From sequence record NC_071039.1: DNA of 64,000 nucleotides. One strand, written 5' to 3'. The notes beneath the pieces were generated by a model. The model worked only from the letters and a program-made list of their open reading frames with translations, was not told where the DNA came from and ran no database searches. Below are positions 29,841 to 40,100 of this stretch, piece after piece. A program made the position numbers and the translations under genes. Each line of letters begins with the position of its first letter. Position 1 is the first letter of the stretch.

Positions 29841-30272
29841 ATGTCTAGTTATCAATCACGTTTTGACAAAATTATGTCGTCTATAGACAATACAACTAAT
29901 ATAAAAGTAGACTGGGATGACATAAAAAACAATGGAACTCAAGCAGAATTTCATAGAAAGCACAAAGGCGAAGTTATATTTGGGTACAACTTCGGCGGAA
30001 AATTTTACTATAAACACGGCAATGTAATTAAGTCACTTCCATATCCCGGTCTAGAAGAGAGTGTATCTTTGCAAGAAAGTAGACCTACTAGATTAATAGA
30101 CCTTATTTCTAGTATAGGAAAGAGTGATTTTATAAAAGATATAGTTTCTATAAAATCTACAGCTAATGGCATAGTTGCGTTAGTTAGTACAACGGATGGA
30201 AATGCATATGAAATAACTCTCATTCCGGCAGAATACTCTACAAAATTTCCGGAAAAAACTAATAAACAATAG
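29841..30272 (+). CDS. Hypothetical protein
   Basis: ATG after AGGA; ~143 aa. Confidence 0.5.
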   Translation: MSSYQSRFDKIMSSIDNTTNIKVDWDDIKNNGTQAEFHRKHKGEVIFGYNFGGKFYYKHGNVIKSLPYPGLEESVSLQESRPTRLIDLISSIGKSDFIKDIVSIKSTANGIVALVSTTDGNAYEITLIPAEYSTKFPEKTNKQ

Positions 30273-30338
30273 AAAAAGATAAATAACTATAGCTACAAAG
30301 GAAACTTTGTATAAATTAATTAATGGAGAATATTTAAC

Positions 30339-30641
30339 ATGGTACAAAAAGTACATGGCGGCATCTTAGCAGGTACTAACTTAACTGGTCATCTGCAATA
30401 TCTAAAAATCGAAGTTGCTAGCGTTGACGTAAACCCGCAATTACCTAACAGCGTAGCAGAACAAGTATATCGCACTGTTTCTTTAAAATCGACTCTAGTT
30501 ATTATAGAATTCGATGCTGGTGTAATGCATGTTGCTGTAGAAAATGCTGGCGACGGCTGGACCAAGGCAGACCTAGAAGCTGCATTAACTGCTGCTGGTT
30601 TGACTGGTACTGTTACTGTAGGTAAGTTTACTGTAGTTTAA
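30339..30641 (+). CDS. Small virion protein (paralogue A)
   Basis: ATAAATA 30279-30285, SD GGAG, terminator after; MVQKVHG. Confidence 0.6.
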   Translation: MVQKVHGGILAGTNLTGHLQYLKIEVASVDVNPQLPNSVAEQVYRTVSLKSTLVIIEFDAGVMHVAVENAGDGWTKADLEAALTAAGLTGTVTVGKFTVV

Positions 30642-30664
30642 TATAGTTAACTTAAATAAAACTT

Positions 30665-30690
30665 GAAAGGGCTTATTAAGCCCTTTCTTG
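30665..30690 (+). terminator. Intrinsic terminator
   Basis: GAAAGGGCTT-att-AAGCCCTTTC-TTG. Confidence 0.75.
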
Positions 30691-30759
30691 TTCTTAGTGT
30701 GTAGAAAAAACTTTACATATGCGATAAATACCTATATAATATGTGTATAGGTAATAGCA

Positions 30760-31224
30760 ATGACACAAAAAATTCATGGTACTAGTAGTGCCCAACAAAA
30801 TCTAACTGCCGATGTACCCTATTTTATAGTATATGCGCAATCCGATAAGGCATATACTGATCCCGAAAACGCAGAAGGGATAAACATCTTAGTAACAAAT
30901 AATATACATGATATAAGCCAAAAGAATTTCGAAATACTTCTTCAAAGTATAGGTCTCAGAGCTATGCCAGTTATAATGAATAATCCTGTTCCTGTTGCTA
31001 ATTTAGCTGCATATGGTGCCCCTACATTAATTGGTGAAGGATTTGTATGGAAATTCGCATGCGAAATGCCGGAAGTGTTTACTAATTATAACCCATACGG
31101 TACACCCGGAACAACTGGGTTATTAGTAGACGAACTAGATGGTATTATATTGCCGTCGGGTACCATTATAAGAACATATGGGTCAGGTTTAAACATAGAA
31201 TTTGTGAGATCTTCATTATTATGA
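30760..31224 (+). CDS. Small virion protein (paralogue B)
   Basis: ATAAATA 30724-30730; MTQKIHG. Confidence 0.6.
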   Translation: MTQKIHGTSSAQQNLTADVPYFIVYAQSDKAYTDPENAEGINILVTNNIHDISQKNFEILLQSIGLRAMPVIMNNPVPVANLAAYGAPTLIGEGFVWKFACEMPEVFTNYNPYGTPGTTGLLVDELDGIILPSGTIIRTYGSGLNIEFVRSSLL

Positions 31225-31847
31225 ATAAAATAAAATTAGAACAAATATTAAAAGAACAATTCGGTTTAAACGAACTAGAATTACGTTCATTTATGAAATA
31301 TATTTCATTTAAGGATTTTGTGGCATTAACTGAGAGTCAAGACCACATAGATTCTGACATTATAAAACATATAGTAGAATCGTTAGATAATAGTTATTCT
31401 GCTGTAAGGGATACTTCGATTGCACCAAATCAACAACAAAAAATTACTGCTGCTGATTTAACTAATTTAAAAGATACTCCTAATTTTAAGAAATTAAAAA
31501 CTGGTGATAAACTTACAATTGCTAATCCCGAATCCGGAAATCCTAAAGATGTAACAGTAAAAAATAAAACAATAGCAGGCAATACTATTACTATTAATAC
31601 TTCCGACGGCGGTTCAATTGTTCAATCGGGCGATAGTATAATTCCGGTTACTCCTAATATGTCTGCAGACGATGCAACAAAAGAAATCGATCGTATAAAA
31701 AAATTAGCCGGTATATCTAATGATTCGGCTGTAGATGAATCATCATTTATGTCATCTGCTGCTATAAGTGGTGTAGTAACTCCATTAGGTGAAATAAAAC
31801 GCAGACATAAGAAACCTAAAAAGCCCGGTCCCAAACCAAAAAAGTAA
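31221..31847 (+). CDS. Hypothetical late protein
   Basis: 208 aa, EIDRIKKLAGI motif, basic tail. Confidence 0.55.
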   Translation: MNKIKLEQILKEQFGLNELELRSFMKYISFKDFVALTESQDHIDSDIIKHIVESLDNSYSAVRDTSIAPNQQQKITAADLTNLKDTPNFKKLKTGDKLTIANPESGNPKDVTVKNKTIAGNTITINTSDGGSIVQSGDSIIPVTPNMSADDATKEIDRIKKLAGISNDSAVDESSFMSSAAISGVVTPLGEIKRRHKKPKKPGPKPKK

Positions 31848-31848
31848 T

Positions 31849-32304
31849 ATGCCTAAAAAAATAAACAAAAAGAAAATATTAGAGACATTTGATGAAGTAA
31901 TATCATCTACTATACTATCATTAAATGAAGATGAGTTAGAATTATTAGCAGATAAAAAGAATGAATCTGTATATGGTAGTTATGTAATTAAATATAAAAA
32001 TGATAAGTGGATAATAGTTAATTCCGATACAGCAAGAAAAGAAAACATTTCTTTTAACTTATACAGTACGGCATACTGCTATGCTATGTGTATGGAAAAG
32101 AATTTAATAAACGGAAAAAGAAAAGTTCTAAATTGGGAATCTAGTTACACAAAACATTTAAATGATATAGTTCATTATTCGTATTCTAAACGATTTGCTA
32201 ATTTAGAAGATACTTGTATGTATGATGACAGAATTTCTGTTGCTAAACACAACATAGTTAAGCTAAAGCGCGCAATTAGATCCTTTAGGTTATCTAATAA
32301 ATAA
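31849..32304 (+). CDS. Hypothetical protein
   Basis: 151 aa. Confidence 0.55.
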   Translation: MPKKINKKKILETFDEVISSTILSLNEDELELLADKKNESVYGSYVIKYKNDKWIIVNSDTARKENISFNLYSTAYCYAMCMEKNLINGKRKVLNWESSYTKHLNDIVHYSYSKRFANLEDTCMYDDRISVAKHNIVKLKRAIRSFRLSNK

Positions 32305-32340
32305 TGATAAATATATACAAAATTATAAGGTAATTTAGCT

Positions 32341-33528
32341 ATGTTTTTGAAAGACGTTAAAATTACAGAATCAAAAAAATTTAAGAAAATAAATTCGATG
32401 TTAAAATCGAGTTACGGTGTATCGTTATCTGAGTCGGCGTCTGTCGAAGAACTAGAAAAACTCAAAGAATCTGTTGTAAAATCAATTATTAATAATAGAA
32501 TCAATAATATTTCTGCATCGTCACCCGAGCATGCTAAATGCATTTTAATGAAAGAAGGTATTGACACTTTGTTAGAAATGCATAGATCGGTAGATGGCAG
32601 GGTAGATTCGGCATCGTATAATAATGTATTATCTACTCTATTTAAAGATGCAGTAAATTTATTAAAACAAGGTGATGACATAGACGATGCTATGAGATCC
32701 ACATTAAATTCGTATCGTTCTAGCTCATACAGATTTAAAGACGACGATATAGCATTAGATTTAAGAGCTAGATTGGAACATTATTTAAATTCTAACTCAG
32801 ATGATACTATGTTAACTGATTCGTATGATTGGTCAACTGTATCGCAATCTCAACGAGATGCAGCAAACGAATTATTGAAACAAAAAGGAAGTAAATTGGC
32901 TGATTTAGAATTAGAGCCATATGGCGACCGAGCAGACTTTGAACGCCATGGTCGTGAAATATACAAACATCCCAGCCTAACTAAAGGTATTTCAGTGAAA
33001 GAATCTAGAAAATTAAATGAAAACGAAGTAGAACAAGCAGAAGTAGTTATTGCTGCTAAAGGTTTCGGTCAAGAACTGCAAACTATGGTAGAAAAGTTAG
33101 GCAGACTTATGAACGAAGACTTAGGTGCAGTATCTGATCAAATGCGTCAAACTTACGGCGCCGATACAGCAAATAGATTCCAGTCAGAATTACTTGCTGA
33201 TTTCAATAGTATAGTAGACACCTTACGCAGTACAAAAGACCGCATCGATAATGCAGTAGATATGCTTTCTACTGGAAGTACATATACCGATATGGATGGA
33301 ATAGAAACTGCTGGCACTGATGTCGATATGGATGATCAACTAGAAATAGGCGACGATTTAGGACTGGGAATAGAGGATAATTTCGGTGCAGCCGACACTG
33401 AAGAACCGTTAGGTCGTTCCATGAAAGAATCTAACTTAACAAGAAGTAATAAACTAAAAAAATTATCTGAAAGTTTAGTTTCATTACAGGCATCTATAGA
33501 TAAATTGAAATCTTCTAGGAAACAATAA
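32341..33528 (+). CDS. Conserved late protein, possibly prohead core/scaffold-like
   Basis: Two ATAAATA (32297, 32307); helical/acidic 395 aa. Confidence 0.5.
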   Translation: MFLKDVKITESKKFKKINSMLKSSYGVSLSESASVEELEKLKESVVKSIINNRINNISASSPEHAKCILMKEGIDTLLEMHRSVDGRVDSASYNNVLSTLFKDAVNLLKQGDDIDDAMRSTLNSYRSSSYRFKDDDIALDLRARLEHYLNSNSDDTMLTDSYDWSTVSQSQRDAANELLKQKGSKLADLELEPYGDRADFERHGREIYKHPSLTKGISVKESRKLNENEVEQAEVVIAAKGFGQELQTMVEKLGRLMNEDLGAVSDQMRQTYGADTANRFQSELLADFNSIVDTLRSTKDRIDNAVDMLSTGSTYTDMDGIETAGTDVDMDDQLEIGDDLGLGIEDNFGAADTEEPLGRSMKESNLTRSNKLKKLSESLVSLQASIDKLKSSRKQ

Positions 33529-33843
33529 GTGAAGATTAAAGATATATTAGTCGAATCAGACGAATATGTAGATAGACTAGAAAGTTCTTTGTTTGATATT
33601 ATAACGGCAGCAAAAGCTGCCGGTTTGTCCACTATTAGTACAAAAAGGGTAACAGACAAATTAATTTCTATGGGTTATTCTGTTACACCTGATCAAGTTG
33701 TTTCTCAATTAGAAAATGTACCCGGCATTACTAGTGTAAATGGGCAAGTCATAACAATAGGTAACACAACAGATATTACTGACAAAGAAGATGATAAGTT
33801 TTCTAAAGAAGTATCTAAATTAGCTATGCAGGATCTAAAATAA
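33529..33843 (+). CDS. Hypothetical late protein
   Basis: GTG start, MKIKDILVES. Confidence 0.55.
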   Translation: MKIKDILVESDEYVDRLESSLFDIITAAKAAGLSTISTKRVTDKLISMGYSVTPDQVVSQLENVPGITSVNGQVITIGNTTDITDKEDDKFSKEVSKLAMQDLK

Positions 33844-34178
33844 TGAGTTGTGGATCTGGATTTATACGTGCTGAAGATGCAAGGATAATGAGTAGAGATA
33901 ATAAAACTATCTTTACAGAAATATGCGGAATTCAGCAAGCAATACTAACAGCAATAGACATGAAGCAACTAAGCGTCTATGTTAAATCGGGTACACCTAT
34001 AACTAATGACACACTCGATGAAGATTACTATAAAGTATTTATGAAACAAAAAACAGATAGGGCCATTACTGATCAGTTCGAATTCATAACACAATACTTT
34101 ACTGATTTGGGATATGTAATCAAACTTCAGTTAAATCCTAACACTCAATCTAGCCTTCAGTGGTATATTACTTGGTAA
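33843..34178 (+). CDS. Hypothetical protein
   Basis: 111 aa. Confidence 0.55.
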   Translation: MSCGSGFIRAEDARIMSRDNKTIFTEICGIQQAILTAIDMKQLSVYVKSGTPITNDTLDEDYYKVFMKQKTDRAITDQFEFITQYFTDLGYVIKLQLNPNTQSSLQWYITW

Positions 34179-34205
34179 TATACCACTAATTTTCATTGTC
34201 TGTTC

Positions 34206-34234
34206 TTGACATATTTATAGCCTTATATTATAAT
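34206..34234 (+). promoter_or_regulatory. Consensus sigma70 promoter
   Basis: TTGACA 34206-34211, 17 bp, TATAAT 34229-34234. Confidence 0.85.
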
Positions 34235-34241
34235 ACAGGCT

Positions 34242-34907
34242 ATGTTAATACAAAAATTCAATTATACTTTTTGCGATCGTGTAGATTCTCCGGCAGGTAG
34301 AAAATACAAAACACCAGACGGAAAATTATTGCCTTCTGTTACTACTATATTAGATTTTGTTACTGATAAGTCATTTCTAACTGATTGGCGTGAAAGGGAA
34401 GGTGAAGAAAACGCAGCTAAAATAACAGAGTCGTCTTCATACACCGGAACGCATTTGCACCAAAACTTAGAAAATTTTCTTAACGGTAGTTCCGAAATTA
34501 ACGGAAATCCTATGGCTAAAATGATGTTTGGTTTAATTAAACAGAACGGACTGAAACATCTATCAGAAGCATGGGGTACTGAAGTCCCATTATATTATCC
34601 TGAATTATATGCAGGTACTACAGACTTAGTTGGTGTATATAAGGATAGAGAATCAATAATAGATTTTAAAAATGCAAGAAATGTTAGGAAAAAAGAATGG
34701 ATTGAAAATTATTTTAAGCAATTAGTTGCATATGCAGAAGCTCACAACATCATGTATGGAACTAATATAACTACTGGTGTTATACTTATGGCAACACAAA
34801 CAGGAATGTTTCAGGAATTTATCATAGAAGCAGATGAATATTCTGAATATAAGAATATGTGGTTTGATGATGTTATGAGATATTATACTGAAGTAGTATT
34901 GGCATAA
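34242..34907 (+). CDS. PD-(D/E)xK exonuclease (T4-like phage / Cas4-related family)
   Basis: LPSVTTIL, GT.LH, E..L, AGTTD, IIDFK, QL.AYA. Confidence 0.8.
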   Translation: MLIQKFNYTFCDRVDSPAGRKYKTPDGKLLPSVTTILDFVTDKSFLTDWREREGEENAAKITESSSYTGTHLHQNLENFLNGSSEINGNPMAKMMFGLIKQNGLKHLSEAWGTEVPLYYPELYAGTTDLVGVYKDRESIIDFKNARNVRKKEWIENYFKQLVAYAEAHNIMYGTNITTGVILMATQTGMFQEFIIEADEYSEYKNMWFDDVMRYYTEVVLA

Positions 34908-34938
34908 ATATAATACAAAATAAAATGGAATTTTTAGC

Positions 34939-36138
34939 ATGGCCGATCCGTATTTAACACAAGATATAATAGTAGCACGAATAGAAAACAGAAGAGGTCG
35001 TCGTGTTAACTTGCCGCAACCACTAAGACCGGGAGAACTCGGTTGGTGTATGGATACTAAGCAATTATTTATTGGCGTGTCTGACGAAGATGCAGTAGCA
35101 GCCGTTGAATTGTTTAGGGGAGAACCTCTTGGATCCCAAGATTTAGTTAACCAAACGTTATTACACAATATTTTTACTTTTGTATCGGAGCCAACTACAT
35201 TAACTGATGCTGAAAAGCAAAATCTAGCAGAATTGGCTAAATTCCCGCAGCTATACTATGTTTCTGATACTAACAGAGAAAGCATTAATGAATACGAACG
35301 AAATATAGAGATTATTCGTAGTGTTAAGACGTCTGTACTTCAGTCAACAGGTAGCGCCTCTGATATTAGATATACATTGATGTATTCGTGGACTATTGAT
35401 TCCTCTGATCAGTATACGTTTAAATTTTTTGCAGGATGCCAACCGCCCGATTCGTTTAATCTTACAACTATAGCTAACAATTCGTATATTATAGATAATA
35501 CTGTAAACTCTGCATACAATAACGGTATAGTAATGGACGCAGGGATATTATTTACTGATACTGTATACGAATCTGCTAGTTTAAGTGTATTAATAAATGA
35601 ATATATTACTACAGACAGTGACAAAGCATATGTAACTACAAAACAAAACGTAGAAATACTAACAGAATACTTTAAAACTACTAGTAGTACAGATGTAATA
35701 GTAAATAGTCCTATAACATACGAATTAGAGCCTTCTAATTCGTTTACTTTAGTAAAAACTATAGATATAATAAACGGCGGTAACTACGAAACTAGTCCAA
35801 TGACGTTTGATGGTTCGGTATCTGATACATTTACTATAGATTATTCTATAAGTTTTGATGACATGCAAGGCCCAGTTATGGGCAGCGATGGCAGGTTTGT
35901 TCAAACCGGAACATTAAATATTATTTTATCTAAAGGATCAGAAACTGTAGTTGTTTCAGACACATCTGTTGAGCATAGATCTTCGGTGGGATACGACGCT
36001 GATGTAGATTTTAGTGGAGAATATGTAGCACCTAACACAGTAAATATAACATACAGGCATAATTTTCCGTCGAGGGTACTTCTTAAATTAACTACAAAGC
36101 GTTGGATTTCGTGGGATAACGAATCAGTTCAGAATTAA
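34939..36138 (+). CDS. Virion protein with Mtd_N/hyaluronidase-like N-terminus (tail-fibre associated)
   Basis: RRGRRVNLPQPLRPGELGWCMDTKQLFIG; ATAAATA 34904-34910. Confidence 0.55.
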   Translation: MADPYLTQDIIVARIENRRGRRVNLPQPLRPGELGWCMDTKQLFIGVSDEDAVAAVELFRGEPLGSQDLVNQTLLHNIFTFVSEPTTLTDAEKQNLAELAKFPQLYYVSDTNRESINEYERNIEIIRSVKTSVLQSTGSASDIRYTLMYSWTIDSSDQYTFKFFAGCQPPDSFNLTTIANNSYIIDNTVNSAYNNGIVMDAGILFTDTVYESASLSVLINEYITTDSDKAYVTTKQNVEILTEYFKTTSSTDVIVNSPITYELEPSNSFTLVKTIDIINGGNYETSPMTFDGSVSDTFTIDYSISFDDMQGPVMGSDGRFVQTGTLNIILSKGSETVVVSDTSVEHRSSVGYDADVDFSGEYVAPNTVNITYRHNFPSRVLLKLTTKRWISWDNESVQN

Positions 36139-36154
36139 CAAATAGAAATAATAA

Positions 36155-36589
36155 ATGACAGATTGGAATAATCTCCGGGCAGATAAACGGATTGCTGCCT
36201 GGAGACAGCATAGACTCTCCTTAAAAACTCTACCCATTAATCAAGCATTACTAGAAATTGCAAACTTTTTTGCAGATATGCCATTAGGACCTAGAACCAT
36301 TGATTTTTATAATCCTAATACTTGGCCAGATCCGTGGGACATTCTTGCTGATATTAAATTTTGTGAAAATTCTATATCATTAATGATGTACTACACTGTT
36401 ATTTCTGTATTCCCTGATGCAAATATTAAAATGTATGTTATAGATGATACAGAACAAAGATTTATGGTACCTGTTGTAGATGGTATGGTATTAAATTATT
36501 ATCCGAGAGATGTAATAGAATTAAATAATCTAACAAATATAACTGTAATAGACATTTACAGTAAAGAACACATAAGAGAACTAAACTAA
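36155..36589 (+). CDS. Conserved hypothetical protein
   Basis: 144 aa. Confidence 0.55.
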   Translation: MTDWNNLRADKRIAAWRQHRLSLKTLPINQALLEIANFFADMPLGPRTIDFYNPNTWPDPWDILADIKFCENSISLMMYYTVISVFPDANIKMYVIDDTEQRFMVPVVDGMVLNYYPRDVIELNNLTNITVIDIYSKEHIRELN

Positions 36590-36597
36590 GGAAATAT

Positions 36598-38883
36598 ATG
36601 AAAGGGATTTTTGTTATTAAACGTGACGGTACCAAAGAAGAATTTGATCCAGAAAAAATTCATAAAATTTTATATTGGGCAACCGAGGGTCTAACAGGTG
36701 TATCTGTGTCTCATTTAGAAATGAAGGCACAATTGCAATTATACCCCGGCATCACAACTGATACTATTCATGAAATTTTAATTGCTGCTGCACATGAATT
36801 AATTTCTGAAGAAAGTCCTAATTACCAATGGGTTGCAGCAAGGCTTCGACTGTTTCAAATTAGAAAAGAAGCATTAGGTCAGTATGATACCATTCCTGTT
36901 TATGATTTAGTACAAAGAAATATCAAATTAGGATATTATACAAAAGAGCTGTTAGATTGGTATACAAAGGAAGAATGGGATCATTTCGATAATGTAATAG
37001 ATCATTCGAGGGATTTTAACCATGCCTATGCAGGTATGGAACAATTTCGTGGAAAATATTTAGTTCAAGATAGAGTTACTAAGAAAGTATTTGAAACCCC
37101 TCAATACCTAAATCTTTTAGTTGCAGCAACTATGTTCCATAAATATACAGGAAAAGAACGAGTTGCTATAGTAAAAGAATGTTATGATTTATTAAGTACT
37201 GGTGTAATTTCCTTGCCAACACCTATTATGGCAGGTCTTAGAACCTCTGTAAAACAATTTAGTTCATGTGTATTAATCGAAACTGATGATAGCTTAGATT
37301 CCATAAATGCTACAACTAGTTCTATTGTTAAATATATTAGTCAAAAGGCAGGGATAGGCATACACGGCGGTCATATACGTGCATTAGGGGCAAAGATAAG
37401 AAATGGTGATACAAAACATACTGGCGTAACTCCGTTTTATAGAATGTTCCAGGCTGCTGTTAAATCTTGTTCTCAAGGCGGCGTACGAGGCGGCGCCGCT
37501 ACACTTTCTGCTCCCTACTGGCATCTAGAAATTGAAACAATTCTTAATCTTAAAAATAATAAAGGAACTGAAGAGAATTCGGTCAGACACATGGATTATT
37601 GCATACTGTTTAACAGATTTGCATATTCTAGATTGTTAGAAAATGGTAATATAACATTATTCAGTCCGAACGAAGTGCCTGATTTACAAAAAGCGTTTTA
37701 TGATGATCAAAAAGAATTTGAACGTCTTTATGTAAAATACGAAAATACTAAGGGAATTATTAAGCATACTATTAGTGCTGAAGAACTATTTGATAAGTTT
37801 ATAACAGAACGAAAAGAAACTGGCCGTATATATTTAATGAATATTGATCATGCAAATGATCATGGTGCATTTATTCCCGAATTTGCACCGATTAAAATGA
37901 CAAATTTGTGTACCGAAATTACACTTGCAACTAAACCTCTTAAACATGTATATGATGAAGAAGGTGAAATAGCGTTATGTACACTTGCAGCAATTAATTT
38001 AGGTTTAGTTAAGAAAAAAGAAGATTTGCAACGACCTGCCGAAATATTAGTGAGAGGTTTAAACGAGTTACTAGATTATCAAAATTATCCGATTCCTGCC
38101 GCAAAAAATTCTACACTTAAATATCGTCCGTTGGGAATAGGAGTTATTAATCTTGCATATTGGTTAGCTAAAAATAATTTCAAATATACTGATAACAGCG
38201 GATTAGAAGCATGGGATGAGTTAATGGAAGCATTCCAGTATTATTTAATTAAAGCTAGTTCGGATATAGCAAAAGAAAAAAATGCTACAATACCGGGATG
38301 GGATAATATAAAATATAGCAGGAATATTTTCCCTATAGATACTTATAAAACAAGTGTAGACCAATTAGTTAAAAATGTACAAAGAATGCCATGGGATGAA
38401 CTGAGAGAACAAGTAGCACAATATGGCATGTATAATAGTAATTTATCTAGTTTTATGCCATCGGAGACATCTGCGCAAATAAGTAATGCAACTAATGGCA
38501 TAGAACCGCCCAGAGCATTTATTAGTGTAAAAGGATCGGGCGAAGGTAGACTTAAGCAAGTGGTACCTGGATTCCCTAAACTAAAGAATAGATACGAACT
38601 GTTATGGGATATGAAGAGTTGTACTGGTTATTTAAATCTAGTAGCAGTTGCACAGAAATATCTAGATCAGGCAATTTCTACAAATACATTTTATAATCCA
38701 GAACACTACGAGAATGATGAAATTCCGAAATCAGTAATGATCAAAGATCTGCTATATGCATATAAAATGGGTTTAAAAACACTTTATTACCATAATACAT
38801 ACGATGGTCAAACAGACGACGTAGAGGCTGATATTTCATCTGCTATTGCTGACGAAGAAGATTGCGATTCTTGCAAAATATAA
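36598..38883 (+). CDS. nrdA: Ribonucleotide reductase class Ia alpha subunit
   Basis: ATP cone VIKRDG, PTP, SSC, QGG.RGG, TNLCTE, C-terminal CDSCKI; no intein. Confidence 0.97.
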   Translation: MKGIFVIKRDGTKEEFDPEKIHKILYWATEGLTGVSVSHLEMKAQLQLYPGITTDTIHEILIAAAHELISEESPNYQWVAARLRLFQIRKEALGQYDTIPVYDLVQRNIKLGYYTKELLDWYTKEEWDHFDNVIDHSRDFNHAYAGMEQFRGKYLVQDRVTKKVFETPQYLNLLVAATMFHKYTGKERVAIVKECYDLLSTGVISLPTPIMAGLRTSVKQFSSCVLIETDDSLDSINATTSSIVKYISQKAGIGIHGGHIRALGAKIRNGDTKHTGVTPFYRMFQAAVKSCSQGGVRGGAATLSAPYWHLEIETILNLKNNKGTEENSVRHMDYCILFNRFAYSRLLENGNITLFSPNEVPDLQKAFYDDQKEFERLYVKYENTKGIIKHTISAEELFDKFITERKETGRIYLMNIDHANDHGAFIPEFAPIKMTNLCTEITLATKPLKHVYDEEGEIALCTLAAINLGLVKKKEDLQRPAEILVRGLNELLDYQNYPIPAAKNSTLKYRPLGIGVINLAYWLAKNNFKYTDNSGLEAWDELMEAFQYYLIKASSDIAKEKNATIPGWDNIKYSRNIFPIDTYKTSVDQLVKNVQRMPWDELREQVAQYGMYNSNLSSFMPSETSAQISNATNGIEPPRAFISVKGSGEGRLKQVVPGFPKLKNRYELLWDMKSCTGYLNLVAVAQKYLDQAISTNTFYNPEHYENDEIPKSVMIKDLLYAYKMGLKTLYYHNTYDGQTDDVEADISSAIADEEDCDSCKI

Positions 38884-38936
38884 TATAAAAAGGGAACATT
38901 GTTCCCTTTATTACACACAATATAAGGATAACATAC

Positions 38937-40076
38937 ATGAAATTTAAAACATTTGAACCAGAACAGTTTGATGCTACTAAAGAAGCTATGTTCTTCGGTC
39001 GGCCAATAAACGTATCTAGGTTTGATAGACAAAAATATTCATTTTTCGAAAAGCAAACTAGAAAACAGATAGGTTTCTTCTGGGTACCAGAAGAAATAGC
39101 AATGGATCAAGATAAAGATGATTTTCATCGCAAATTAGACGCAGCCGGCAAACATATTTTTACATCAAATCTCAGTTATCAGATTTTGCTAGATTCTGTT
39201 CAGGGTAGAGCACCTAATATTGCACTTACTCCGTTTGTGTCTATTCCGGAATTAGAAGGATTTATTCTTGCATGGACTTTTATGGAAAGTATACATTCGA
39301 GAAGTTATTCTCACTTAATTAGGAATGTGTATCATGATCCAAAAGATGTGTTAGATAATGTAGTAAAAATAGAACCCATCATCGAACGTGCCAGTGCAGT
39401 TACAAAATACTATGACGAGTTTATAGAATATGGTAATTGGTACAATATGCTAGGATATGGTAATCATATTGTAAACGGTAAAGAAATAGATATAAATCCG
39501 AAAAAATTGATGACATTATTCTATAAAATGATGGTAGCCATAAACATACTAGAAGGTGTCAGATTTTATGTTTCGTTTGCATGTACATGGGCATATAGTG
39601 AATCGTTAAAATTAATGAATAAATCTGCAAAAATAATTAAAATGATTTGCAGAGACGAAAACGTACACTTGGCAGTTACTACTACTATTCTTAAAAAGTT
39701 TGCAGATGGCTCAGAAGGCGAAGCATGGAAACAAATTGCAGAAAATTGCAAAGATGAAGTTTATGCTATGTATGAAGAAGCTGTTCAACAAGAACGCGAA
39801 TGGGCAGATTATTTGTTTAAAGATGGTTCTATTGTAGGTTTATCGTCTGCCATACTAAAACAGTATGTTGAGTTTATTGCAGATAGACGTTTGCATGCAT
39901 TAGGTATGCAAAAAATATACAAACATGCTAGTAATCCACTTCCGTGGACAGAGCATTGGATTGGTTCTAAAACAACCCAAGTAGCGCCGCAAGAAGAGGA
40001 AATTACTTCGTATACTCAGGGCGGAGTAAAAAATGATATTTCTGAAATTTATAATACAGGATTTAGTTTAGACTAA
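38937..40076 (+). CDS. nrdB: Ribonucleotide reductase class Ia beta subunit
   Basis: FFW.PEE, DS.QGR, E.IHSRSY, EG.RFY.SF, DE..H. Confidence 0.95.
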   Translation: MKFKTFEPEQFDATKEAMFFGRPINVSRFDRQKYSFFEKQTRKQIGFFWVPEEIAMDQDKDDFHRKLDAAGKHIFTSNLSYQILLDSVQGRAPNIALTPFVSIPELEGFILAWTFMESIHSRSYSHLIRNVYHDPKDVLDNVVKIEPIIERASAVTKYYDEFIEYGNWYNMLGYGNHIVNGKEIDINPKKLMTLFYKMMVAINILEGVRFYVSFACTWAYSESLKLMNKSAKIIKMICRDENVHLAVTTTILKKFADGSEGEAWKQIAENCKDEVYAMYEEAVQQEREWADYLFKDGSIVGLSSAILKQYVEFIADRRLHALGMQKIYKHASNPLPWTEHWIGSKTTQVAPQEEEITSYTQGGVKNDISEIYNTGFSLD

Positions 40077-40100
40077 ATAAATTAAAATACAGGAGTTCAT

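Noticed and set aside
4846-38883. Inteins in terL, gp41 helicase or nrdA
   Set aside because: All are normal length with contiguous catalytic motifs.
38889-38909. Hairpin between nrdA and nrdB as a novel element
   Set aside because: A 10-bp inverted repeat that fits an ordinary intercistronic stabiliser or weak terminator.
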